Assembly (NCBI GenBank): GCA_030770535.1 | Contig: JASVEC010000017.1 | Location: 682,001-746,000, forward strand | DNA length: 64,000 nt | Origin: Batkoa obscura | Lineage: Eukaryota | Direction of reading: 5' to 3' | In this document: piece by piece, positions 50,733 to 61,495 of the stretch | Numbering within the stretch: the stretch's first letter is position 1 | Layout of the letters: every line of letters begins with the position of its first letter | The notes under the pieces: model-generated | Seen by the model: only the letters and a program-made list of their open reading frames with translations | Told to the model about the DNA's origin: nothing | The model's database searches: none | Program-made: the position numbers and the translations under genes

Positions 50733-52533
50733 GTTTAATTAATTTTTAATAAAAAGCACATTATATCCTTTTACACCATCATGTTTATCTTATTTATTAC
50801 ACCTACATGCAATCTGTATTATATCCAATTAGTTGTTGTTTTTATTAAAAATCAAATCTCTAAAATGCTTTGTTATAACATCAAAACCTATACTTAATTT
50901 AGTTAGCTTAATGACACAACCAACAATAGACAGCTTCTGAGAGAACAACAGCTTCACCTAATACTTTTCTGTCTTTAAAAGAGGTTGAAAGATATGAATG
51001 ATACCATTTATTTATATTTTTGATAGGCTACCCATTAATTTGTGAGGCTAGAAAAGCCAAAGCCCAAAAGATAGGAAGCTGGGGGTCAAAACAGAAAGCG
51101 ATAAAACTTTTGTATATGGATCGAATACTAGTTCGAAAACCTAAATCTTCAAATAAGAAGGGTGGACTTGGTAATTTTGTACCTACAGGGAAGGAACCCA
51201 CCAATAGTTTAGTATAACTATGGTAAAAGCGCAACTGATTCTCTATGGATGGTCAAATGCTGAAGGCTAAAGGGGAAGTAAGCGAGTGATGGAGAGAATT
51301 GCTAACGAGTGGTGTATAGCAGGAAAGTTTGTCTGGGAGTTGTTAAAACTTAAAGATTGTAGTCGGTGATATAAAATATGAACGTGACAGATCTTCATAA
51401 GGACGTGGACGGTTTAAGGTTTAAGCCTTGATGAGGGAAAAAGAGTCAAAAAACCAAGAGGAAAGTGATTGCAACTATTAAGCTGATTCATCTCTTTTTT
51501 ACTTTTTTGGACTGGCTTTTTTAAAATATTGACTATTATTCTTAAAAGTAGACATCAATTACAACAGTTTTATTTGTTTTTGATTCACTTAACTCGTTAA
51601 TAAATATTCATATTAATATAAATTAAATAAAGAAATAAAATGCGTATATCAAAATAGGCATACTTTCTAAGCTAATTATGTGCTTATTCTATTAAGTTTT
51701 TTAAATAATGGTTTGTTACGTTTGAATTATGTTAAGTAGCTTTAATCGAGGAAAACCGTAAATTATTATATTGTTAAGACTTATTTGATTTTTTAAAATT
51801 GTTACTTAACATTAAATAGTAATTTATTAATAAGAATTTTCATTCGAAATTTTGAATTAAGTGCTTTTTTAAATTTATTATTTTTTTTATCACTTGTTAT
51901 AGCGTCTAACTATTTATTCAATAAAAAACAACAAGCCAAGAGGCAAGTAAAAAGAGAAAAGAGACTGACACTTTTAGGTTTACAGTTTATAATCTTTATT
52001 TTTGATGTATATTTGTTTAATTTACAAATTACATTGTTACAATATGGCAAGGAATAAGTATATATTAATTTATAATTGGAAATTTAAAATAGAATGTTAT
52101 TAAATTGAGGTGACTATATCGCTAGCTTTTATGATTTACTATCACCTTTTAAATAATATACCACTTCAGCTGTTAAGAAATATACTCGTTTATATTAGTC
52201 TTGCGTTACATCATATATATGTTTTACTATAACAATGATATCAACTTATTGCTCTATATACCTAAATTAGCTATTTGATTTAGTGCAAAAATCCATATCA
52301 AGAAATGTTATGTTATTCAATTAAAGATATTATTAAAAATCCAGATATTAAATTACCAATGTAGCGAGGGGACAATAATGGAGACTTGTTGGTTTATTTA
52401 ATACTTTGTTTTATACAAAATTGCGAAAGTATATTCTAATTTCTTTCGACTAAATAAAAGTCTAGGAGTTATCAAATTTAAATTAGTATTTTGATTAATG
52501 CATGATATAAATAGATAGAAACATTTGAAAGCA

Positions 52534-52636
52534 TATGGGGGTGTTTTTTTTGGTTTCATTATTTTTTCCATTTTAAGCGTCGTTTGAACGGAAAGACTGT
52601 TAGTAAAATTCTTAAACAAAAAAATACATCCACATA
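52534..52636 (+). mobile_element. ~105-bp MITE
   Basis: TATGGGGGTGTTTTTTTT...AAAAAAATACATCCACATA. Confidence 0.85.
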
Positions 52637-53221
52637 TTGCTATTGAAATGATATTTGTATAGAATATTATAGCAATAGATTTATAATAAAAAATAAATGT
52701 CCTTATTTACCTTATTTGTTTGGATATTGATCTAAATACCAATTTTATAATTCATATCACAAAATTTAGCTTTACAAAAATATGTAAAGTATATAACCGA
52801 TCACTCTCTAGTTTATAAATTTTTCTTTCTAATAACCAATTCAATCACATTTTGAACCTAGCACTATATTATCAAAGTGAGTATTATATGGTATAGTGAC
52901 TATTATATAGTATAGTTACTCAATGTTGTGATGAAAAATAATGTAACAATTTTGTAAATAAAACATTAATTCCAAACAGCTTTGTTACTGTGGAAATAAC
53001 ATTACTAAATGATAATAATTTGTCTATAAATTGCCTTATAAATAAATATAATCTGCGCCACAATAAGAAAGGCTAACAAAGCTTTTATCACCACAAATAA
53101 AGACAAGAATAAAAAAATTAATAGCTTCCTATATGCAGTAGTCATTAGTTAAGAACATTGGAATAACAAAAAATAATATATAAACAGCCGTAAATTTTGT
53201 ATAGCTAGTACAAATCATTAA

Positions 53222-53866
53222 ATGTTTCAATTTGAGAATAAAAAGAAAAGACGTATTTTAGACATTGCTACCAAAAAAAACATTTTGGAAGCGTCCAAGT
53301 TAGGCTACTCACACCAAAAAATCGCTGATATGTTTGAAGTAGGAAGAAGCACAGTGACTAAGTTACTGTTGAAAAAGGATATAGTATTAAAAGAAGTAGA
53401 GCAATCACCGAAAGACAGTGAGATGAGTAATACCGAAATTTTCGAAGCTAAATTATTAAAATGGTATAAAAGTGAAGTTAAAAAAGGGAATATAATAGTG
53501 AACGTGGATTTAGTAAATAAAGCTAGCTTAATAGCAAAAAACATGAAATTTTATGATGTCGAAATCAATTCAACTTGGGTTACTGATTTTTGTGGAAAAT
53601 TCCAACTTGATGTTGAAAGTAAAGGTACGTCAATTTTTGAAATAAAAAGTAATGTACCAGAGTATATAATAACCCCATTGGCACACAACGAAATTTTCAC
53701 TAACGAATTGCTTTACCTAAATCATTCTTATCCCCCTTATACTGACAATTATCATTATAATACTTTCCTTCATCAAAATAGCTCACCATTGGGTTCGTTT
53801 ATTAGCCCTTATGTTAGCCCTGTTTCCACATTTTCTCCTCAATTCGAATATTTTAATCCTTATTAA
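53222..53866 (+). CDS. CENP-B/pogo-type bipartite HTH protein, paralog 10 (lacks the basic linker)
   Basis: HQKIADMFEVGRSTVTKL, FEAKLLKWY, WVTDFCGKFQL, EIKSNVPE; TATATAAA at ~53177. Confidence 0.8.
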   Translation: MFQFENKKKRRILDIATKKNILEASKLGYSHQKIADMFEVGRSTVTKLLLKKDIVLKEVEQSPKDSEMSNTEIFEAKLLKWYKSEVKKGNIIVNVDLVNKASLIAKNMKFYDVEINSTWVTDFCGKFQLDVESKGTSIFEIKSNVPEYIITPLAHNEIFTNELLYLNHSYPPYTDNYHYNTFLHQNSSPLGSFISPYVSPVSTFSPQFEYFNPY

Positions 53867-54181
53867 TTTTATTTTATATTTCCTTAGTACTTTTTCAAAT
53901 AAATCGGTTTTTCAGTAGCTCAATTATATTATATTGTTATCTTGGATATTGTTTTTTATTAATAGTCCTTAGTTTATATAAACTATAGTAAATTTTGACA
54001 CCTGGCTTATAAATTGACTGAAAAGAGCGTAATACATAATTTGAAGCTCTATCTGGTTTATCAATTTGAAGTGCTTTATCTAGATACAACTTTAAAAATA
54101 ATAAACCCTTGTGAGTAATTATCTATTAGTTTAGACATAATTTAGAAGGTTTAGACATTTTATTAATGACTTTGATAATAT

Positions 54182-54255
54182 TAGGGGATGTGTTTTTTTG
54201 CTTAAGAATTTTACTAATAGTCTTTTCACTCAAATAGCGCTTAAAAAATACATCC
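54182..54255 (-). mobile_element. Partial MITE
   Basis: TAGGGGATGTGTTTTTTTGCTTAAGAATTTTACTAA...CTCAAATAGCGCTTAAAAAA. Confidence 0.7.
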
Positions 54256-54553
54256 ATTACTTCCTCCAAGTTTGACTATTAAGAATAAAAACTAGTAAAC
54301 ATTGTTTAGTGCGTAAAAGACTCAGTAAAAAAAGATAATAAAATATTAAAAGTACTAATAATCTTTATTTATTTATTTACGAGGATCTTATAACAATGAA
54401 TTATAATTCATAATTCACAATTCAGTGTTTAAATACCAATAGCTTTTAGGGTCAAAAATCTAAGGAGGGGGTAAGAAAGAGGTTTTCTTTAAGAAAATCA
54501 AGATAAAAGAGTATAAATACATGACTGTTTTTCATTTTAAGTTATAGTAAAAT

Positions 54554-55107
54554 CGTTTTCTGTGAGGACTTGGAAGATAGCATCTCCCATCACTTCTTTA
54601 CCTGTCTACATTTAAGTAATCTTTGGCATCATGGCCTCTCTTACATACAGTCCGGTCCTCACCCACCCATTGCCTCAGTAGAGGATATGGGAATATATTT
54701 TTATGTTTGAGAATTCTACTAATAATTTTTCCGCTCAAATAGCGCTTAAAAGATGGAAAAAATAATGAAGCCAAAAAAAACACCCCCATATATTGGATTC
54801 GTCTCCCTCTTTGAATAATCACTTTATCTCTTTTTTTGCACATTGATGTTGTGGATGATTTATAGGCTTCATACTAAATTGTCTTTCAAAGATCACCTCA
54901 CCATCCCTTCAATGGGTAACCTGTTTATTGAATGGAAAATCGCTCGGGTTACTAATTTTTCTCATGCTGTACCTAAACTCTCCTCATTAAAAAAGGGCCT
55001 TAAAATTCTTTCAAAGTGGCCCTATTCTCCTATCCTTCGCAACTTTTAATGCTTTAATTTAATAATAAAACACTTGGGAGTCTTTCACTTTTCAAGAATA
55101 GATAAAA
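54554..55107 (+). mobile_element. 5'-truncated L1/Tx1-like LINE (related to 26415..27284), interrupted by a MITE
   Basis: RFCEDLEDSISHHFFTC...LW (zf-RVT-like); C-terminal EWK...FSH.V.KLS..KKG..IL.KW..SP similar to the first LINE; AATAAAACACTTGGG 3' end; TSD AAGTTATA(G/A)TAAAAT at 54539 and 55108. Confidence 0.85.
54686..54790 (-). mobile_element. ~105-bp MITE nested in the LINE
   Basis: TATGGGAATATATTTTT...AAAAAAAACACCCCCATA. Confidence 0.85.
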
Positions 55108-55139
55108 AAGTTATAATAAAATAAAATAAAAATATTAAA

Positions 55140-55397
55140 ATGTCATCTCAACCATCAAAAATGCATGGAAATATATATTCCACTATTGCATCTGTTAAAG
55201 AAAATGTAGGCTCTGCTACTGGTACTCACTCTGTTCAAGCAAAGGATACTGCTCAAAAAGCTGAAGGTAATGTTGAACACCAAGCTGCTAAATCAAAGGG
55301 TTATACTGAAGGCGCCAAAAATAGTTTTACTGGAAGTATCAAAGATAACGCTAGTTCCATTTCAGATGATAATGCCAAAATAGAATTCAATGGTTAA
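55140..55397 (+). CDS. CsbD-like/Hmp1-type small hydrophilic stress protein (possibly decaying)
   Basis: PSKMHGNIYSTIASVKENVG...AEGNVEHQAAKSKGYTEG..SFTGSIKD pattern typical of fungal CsbD-repeat proteins. Confidence 0.65.
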   Translation: MSSQPSKMHGNIYSTIASVKENVGSATGTHSVQAKDTAQKAEGNVEHQAAKSKGYTEGAKNSFTGSIKDNASSISDDNAKIEFNG

Positions 55398-55572
55398 GTA
55401 TTTATTAGTCAAATAAATTGTTTTTTGTAAAAAGTGGAATTTATAGAAGCTTAAATATTACAATAGTATTGTAATAGTTTAGTTTATATTAACATAATTT
55501 ATTAGGAAATATCATTATAAAAACCTCAAGATAAATTTTTTTTAATAACATTGATTTTTAATATTGTATCGT

Positions 55573-57846
55573 TTAATGATTTTTACTACGACATTTATGA
55601 CGGGTGGTAGTAGTAGCACTAGTAACTGGGATAAGGGTATATGTACCAGTTTGTACTGATGAGCCACTCGTAACTGGAACAAGAGTATAAGTACTACTTG
55701 AAGCGTTATAACTTGTAGATGTGGATGATTGGCTGTCAGTCACTGGGTAAGATCCAGTTTGAGTATATGAGTTAGTGGAGGAATTGACTAAACTAGAAGA
55801 TGTAATAGAGGATGTAGCAGAAGATGATTGAGTATAAGTAGTAGAACCAGATTCAGTTACTGAATAAGTTCCAGTCTCGATAGTGGTATTATAAGTACCT
55901 GAAGAAGTAGATTTAATGCTAGTAGAGCAAGAAGTAGATGATGAACTGATAGGAGTGGTTACTGGGTAAGTTGAGGTTTTAGAAGTAATGGAACAAGGGG
56001 TGGTAGATGCATCAGTAGATGATTCGGTACCAGAGGTATTGGTAGCAGTAGAAGATTCGGATTGAGTGGAAGTTGCAGTTGACGATTGAGATACAGAGGT
56101 AGATGTGATTGTAGATGTTTCAGACCCAGAGGTAGTAGTAGCAGTCAAAGTTTCTGATCCAGAAGTAGAGGTTTCTGATTGAGTAGAAGTTATGGCTGAA
56201 GTAGTAGAAGTTTCCTCTTCTTTTTTAACAACTTTGATTCTACCATCAGTGTAAGGAGATACAGGAGTATGCTTTTTAACATAGTCACTAACAATGATAT
56301 CGGTAGCCTCGAGTGTAGCAAAATCAGTGATAGGTGGAGCAATAAAGTTATCTCCACCAGTAGCAATAAAATCTAAAGTTGTGCAGGTGTATACTTTTTC
56401 CAAATCTAATTTAACATAGGTTGCTGTTTTAGCTTTACGATCCAAAATATCAACTGAGACTAAACGAGATTGAGCTGGTGCAGTTGGATCATAAGTAAAT
56501 TTCATACCACCAATTTGAATAAATGAAGTGACAGGGCGGCTATTTACTTTATTTACTTTAGATACAGTGGCTTCTAACATATTCCAAATTTGCTCCCCTT
56601 TTAATTTTATATCAACAATAGCATTACCGAATGGGAATACAGTTAAAACATCGGATACTTTAATATCACCTTTAGTAATACCAGCACGAATACCACCAGC
56701 ATTAATAAAGGATACATCTGAATTTGGTCTTTTCTCTAAAATAATATCGGAAACAAAAGAACCAAGGGAACATTCTTTTGTTTGACAACTAGCTTGATCA
56801 AAATCATCTGTTGCTACACCAAGTACGGTCTTACCAAAAGCATCAAATGGTTCTCTCCATTCTTGAGCTTGTTTATTAGCTTCTTCATTTAGTGGAACTA
56901 AGGAGTTTAATTCAATTGGGAAACCATCGATTTTACTTAAGTAACCATCTTCATTAAATTTAATATCAACATGTCCTAAGAATCGACTCCAGCAGTAAGC
57001 TTGAACAATGTAAGTATCTTTGCCATCTAAATTTTTAACAGAAGTTGGATAAATACCAACTGAGTTTGGAGCATTTGTTACGTTATTTAATGGAGAAGCA
57101 AGGTAAGAATGAGAATGACCACCAACGATAAGTGATAAGCCTTTAGTTTTTGATGCTAATTCTTGATCTTCTTTATAACCATTATGAGAAACAGCAATTA
57201 CTCTTTTATAACCCATTTTTTTAACTTCATCAATAGTTTCTTGTAAAGTAATAATGGGGTCAGATACTTTGAGCAACTTGCCAAGGTTTGAAATGGAAGG
57301 AGCGGTGTAAGTGATATAACCAACAACAGCTAAATTATATTTTGGGAATAATTGATATTTTTTAATTAAGCTTGAAAGTTGAGGATGTTCAGAGGCATCG
57401 ATATTGGAGGATACTAATGGAAATGTAAAATTTTGAGCTACTCTAGCTAAATTATCTGGTCCATTATCAAACTCATGGTTACCAATAGTCATAACATCAT
57501 ATTTTAAATAGTTCATTGCCCTTGCTGTAATATCTCCTTTATAATAAGTATAGTACATAGTACCTTGGAATTCATCCCCACCATCTAATAATAAATTATT
57601 AGGGTGTTTTTCACGTAATTGATCAATGGCTGTTTTTAATCTTGCTAAACCACCATAACATTGTTTGTTTTCAATCTGTGCTTTAGTACAATCTGTTCCG
57701 TACTTATTACTTTGATCGTATCTTGAGTGGACATCATTGGTATGCAAAATAGTCAAATCATAATCTGAGTCTTCTCTTCTTATTATACTACCCTCAGTGC
57801 AAAAGGTTAAGAGTAATAAAACCAAACCACTACTTTTGAACAACAT
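55573..57846 (-). CDS. Secreted 5'-nucleotidase/apyrase (metallophosphoesterase + 5'-NT C domain) with ~210-aa Ser/Thr-rich tail
   Basis: Signal peptide; ILHTNDVH, LLLDGGDEFQG, TIGNHEFD, AVSHNG, VGGHSH, INAGGIR, VFPFGN, DFIATGGD. Confidence 0.93.
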   Translation of the reverse strand: MLFKSSGLVLLLLTFCTEGSIIRREDSDYDLTILHTNDVHSRYDQSNKYGTDCTKAQIENKQCYGGLARLKTAIDQLREKHPNNLLLDGGDEFQGTMYYTYYKGDITARAMNYLKYDVMTIGNHEFDNGPDNLARVAQNFTFPLVSSNIDASEHPQLSSLIKKYQLFPKYNLAVVGYITYTAPSISNLGKLLKVSDPIITLQETIDEVKKMGYKRVIAVSHNGYKEDQELASKTKGLSLIVGGHSHSYLASPLNNVTNAPNSVGIYPTSVKNLDGKDTYIVQAYCWSRFLGHVDIKFNEDGYLSKIDGFPIELNSLVPLNEEANKQAQEWREPFDAFGKTVLGVATDDFDQASCQTKECSLGSFVSDIILEKRPNSDVSFINAGGIRAGITKGDIKVSDVLTVFPFGNAIVDIKLKGEQIWNMLEATVSKVNKVNSRPVTSFIQIGGMKFTYDPTAPAQSRLVSVDILDRKAKTATYVKLDLEKVYTCTTLDFIATGGDNFIAPPITDFATLEATDIIVSDYVKKHTPVSPYTDGRIKVVKKEEETSTTSAITSTQSETSTSGSETLTATTTSGSETSTITSTSVSQSSTATSTQSESSTATNTSGTESSTDASTTPCSITSKTSTYPVTTPISSSSTSCSTSIKSTSSGTYNTTIETGTYSVTESGSTTYTQSSSATSSITSSSLVNSSTNSYTQTGSYPVTDSQSSTSTSYNASSSTYTLVPVTSGSSVQTGTYTLIPVTSATTTTRHKCRSKNH

Positions 57847-58564
57847 CTATCTATTTTAACAATTAATTAAAAATTAACTTTATTTCAACAAAAGTTAAAG
57901 CAGTTAACAGTTTTTGTTAACCTATTTATATTAATTTGTACTCAAATTTCATATTTAGTTTCCAGCCTCGATTTAGAAAGAACATATCAAGTTGTGATAT
58001 TCCTTATTGTTTATTCATAAATTAAATTTTCATTCGAAATCTTTAAACTAAAAAACCAATCATCTATTATCTGATTACCATATGTAATCAATTATAGAAA
58101 ATATTTACTATGGTTCACTTTTAATCCTGTCTTTTATCTCTTAAGTAATATATAAAGAAATGATAATAAGTTAATTTCCCTTCTCATGAACTTAAACTTA
58201 CTTATTAAACATTAAAATCCGTGCTATTATTATTCATTAAAGACCAGTTTATTATTTGATTAGATTTATCATTTGTTTATATAATTTAACTAAAAATTAT
58301 CTTAGATACTCATGATAAACAACCTCAGGTCTAAAGTATAATATCGATAAGGTTTGGTAGCCCATTAGTCTATTGAACCCTAGCTATCATCAACTATAAA
58401 CTATTATATACGCTCAAGCCAATAGTGCTATTGATCCTTTTGTTAAAGATTAATAAATAAAATAAAAATCACAATAAACAAATGCCCAAAATTAATTCTC
58501 TAAAAAATCTTCTTTAATAATGAAGATGAAAACACGTGGTACAATGATAAACAGGAAATTAAAA

Positions 58565-58647
58565 TGATCAGGATGGGATTCGAACCCACGCCTCCGAAGA
58601 GACCGCGGCCTTAACACGGCGCCTTAGACCAACTCGGCCACCTGATC
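58565..58647 (-). tRNA. tRNA-Leu(AAG)
   Basis: GATCAGGTGGCCGAGTTGGTCTAAGGCG CCGTG TT-AAG-GC CGCGG, long variable arm, GGTTCGAATCC T-loop, acceptor GATCAGG/CCTGATC-A; T-run downstream. Confidence 0.95.
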
Positions 58648-58850
58648 TTATTTATTAATTAAGTAATAATTATTTAAAGCTTACCTATAAGCCAAGCAAA
58701 AAAATAAATTAGATTGTAACAAGCAGACGAACTTTTAGATACTGCATAAAAATTATTCAACTGAGTCAAAATAAGCTGAGAAAAGTTTAAAGCTTTTTTA
58801 AAAGGGATAAAGTGTGCTTTTAAATATTCAATACATACAAATTAAAAATA

Positions 58851-59297
58851 ATGCTAAAGAAAAGAGAAACGAAAGATATACATGAAAAATTAAGACACAG
58901 TAATAATTTAAGAGAAAGACAAAAAAAGACAAATGATAAATTACAGAAGATATTAAAAAAGAGAGATATTAATAATAGTATATTGTTAGAGGAAGAGATT
59001 CAAGTAAGTTTAAATTAAGAATTTAAAGAGATGAGGTTCATTTTTTATACATTTAGGAATTAAATAACTTATGGTTAGAAGAATGTAAAGAGATTGGATT
59101 AATTAAAGATATGGATGAAAACTTTGATTTCGGAGAAGATGAGGAGTTGGATCAAGAAGGTATGATTGCTAAGTTTATTTTTAAAAATGAATCTTAATGA
59201 ATAATATTTTATTTTAGAAATGGAAATTGAATTATTAGAAGAAGAAGAAGAGCCCATTGAAGAAATGTTATCACGGTTAGGTCAATTAGAGCTGTAA
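58851..59297 (+). CDS. Small (111-aa) protein, basic N-terminus and acidic C-terminus, function unknown; exons 58851-59003, 59057-59159, 59218-59297
   Basis: Two GT-AG introns keep the frame to a TAA at 59295 (…MLSRLGQLEL*). Confidence 0.6.
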
Positions 59298-59461
59298 ATT
59301 CATCTAGTTTTTATAATGTTAATAATAAAATATATTTATTTTTAACATTGAATTTTTTTCGCTTTAAACTAATAAAAATTTCATTTCCATTTTTTTTACC
59401 AATTAAACTACATAATTATTGATTTTAGTTTCCTTTTTTTAGGTTTAAGTAATCAAAGGAT

Positions 59462-60329
59462 ATGAAACGAAAAGACCAACAATATAGAAGAGAAAATGAA
59501 AAAGGATATAAAAATAAAGAGGGAGATATTATATTAACACAAGAAGAAGAATACCAACAATACCAAAAAAAACTAAGAGAAGAAAAAAAGAAAGAAAAAC
59601 AACTTGATGAACAAGCTAAATTATTGGAATTAGAGTTAGAAGCTTTATTAAATGAAGAAGTAGAAGAACCTGTAAAAGAAGTTGAAAATGTAAAAGAAGA
59701 AATCATTGTTGAAGAAAAAAAAGAAGTCAAATATAAAAGATACTCTCAATTTCCATTACCCGGTATGATTAAAGTTGAAAAGGGTTGGGTTTATCCAGAT
59801 GAAATTGTAATTGAAAGAAATAAAACTTTTGTTATAAATAATAAAGTTAATGAGATTCCATTGAAAAAAGAATGTGAACCTGAAGTCAAACAAGAATTAA
59901 AAGAAGAAGAAATTACAGAAGACATAAAAGTAGAACCAGTAAAAGTTAAAGTTAAAGTTAAAGAAAATATTGGTTTAAAGTTATTAAGAAAACAAGGTTG
60001 GAAGGAAGGTACTGGCTTAGGTAAAAATAATACTGGTATTATTGAACCAATAACTAGGTACCTATAATATAATATATAAAAATATAATAATGTATAATAT
60101 TTATTTTTAGTCAAGAAAAGAAAACATTAAGTTCAGCTCCAGTTAATGAACGAGAAGAATATGAAATTTTATTAGAAGATGGAAAAATTGAGGTCGATTA
60201 TGAAAGTTATCGTTTAAAACAAATGGAAAAATATAAACAACGGTATACAGTAAAATTTAATTTCTACTATTATAGAACTATATATTTTAATATTAATATT
60301 TATTTAGAGTCATCAAGAATAATAATTAA
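59462..60329 (+). CDS. G-patch domain protein, SUGP1/SF4-like C-terminus; exons ~59462-60057, 60111-60242, 60308-60329
   Basis: ENIGLKLLRKQGWKEGTGLGKNNTGIIEPI G-patch; spliced tail DYESYRLKQMEKYKQR resembles the SUGP1 C-terminal motif. Confidence 0.8.
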
Positions 60330-60353
60330 TTATAATTATTAATTATTAATTAT

Positions 60354-61495
60354 TTATACTAATACAATAAATACTACTGTAAATATATAAATAATAATAA
60401 TTAATACAATAAATAAATAGCTTAATAAAGAGGTATTAAATACGCTCTTATTTAATTTATCTAATAATTTTAAATCCTTGGTCAATGATGTTACATTCTT
60501 TTCTAATTTTTGTTCTGCTTCATTTAATACCTATAAGTTAAATTTCAATTAGTTTAATAATATAATAATAATTAAAATTTACTTGTTTATCTTTTTTTAA
60601 TACATCACCAAAAGCTAATGTATTACTTTTTAATATTTGGGTCATATTAACTAAATCTAAAGCTATTTCTTGTTGTATCTTTTCTTGTTGCAATACTAAA
60701 TCTTGTTTTTCATTATCATTTAATGAATTATTTGATTTGATTTGATCTGAATTTCTGCTAGTTCTATAAAATATTAAGTTAATTTTATTTATAACTCATA
60801 GTTTAAATTACCTTGACCTTAAATTTTGGATCCAGTTTTCTATTATTTAATAATAAAATGATTTTTATTTAATACTATTACTATTTAAAACTCACCACTT
60901 TCTTTTTCTTCTTCTGCTCTTGTCTTTTTTTTACCTTTTAGTAAATCTGAAATTATTGGATCATTACTAATATTATTTTTACTTTTATTTACTTCCTTTA
61001 CTTCCTTTTCTTTAGCTTGATTGTTTTTTTTTTCTTTTTCCTTTTCTTTAGCTTCTTTCTCTTCAATTTCCTTTTTTCTCTGCTCCCTTTCTCTCGACTC
61101 CTTCTCCTTTAATTCCTTCTCCTTTAATTCTTTCTGTTTCTTTTCATTTTCAATTTGGTTAAGCTAAAATAATCAACAAAATAACTCTATAATTTAATAC
61201 TAACTTACTTTATTTGTTACATCTTCTAATAATTTATTTAATTTAGAATTCATTACTCCACTATAATAAAAAGGTTAGAAATTTAATTCAAATCTATTCT
61301 TCGATTTACTCTTTATTATCATATCGCTTTAACAATAACAACAAGTTCTAAACAAGGATCAACATATTATAATACTACTATTTATATTTTATATTAAATT
61401 ACTATATAAACATTTTTAATCTCCAACTCCCCCTTTTGGTTTTTCACCTGAAGCTCAAGTTGATTAAGAATTTGAAAATTACTAATTGAATTCAT
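60354..61495 (-). CDS. USE1: ER Qc-SNARE Use1 (multi-exon; N-terminal exon uncertain)
   Basis: QEKIQQEIALDLVNMTQILKSNTLAFGDVLKKDKQ/VLNEAEQKLEKN SNARE motif, C-terminal TM helix (YLFIVLIIIIYIFTVVFIVLV*), K/E-rich linker, GT-AG introns. Confidence 0.8.

Noticed and set aside
51020..51500. GC-richer segment with short ORFs on both strands
   Set aside because: Composition resembles a LINE fragment on the minus strand, but no motif, tail or TSD was found.
1898..53866. HTH ORFs as active pogo/Tigger transposases
   Set aside because: No DDE motifs in any tail or visible downstream frame, no TIRs seen, and the copies are highly divergent.
58851..60329. Single gene joining the 111-aa ORF to the G-patch ORF
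   Set aside because: The first ends cleanly at TAA 59295, and an in-frame stop at 59450 precedes the G-patch ATG; the splice combinations I tried hit stops.
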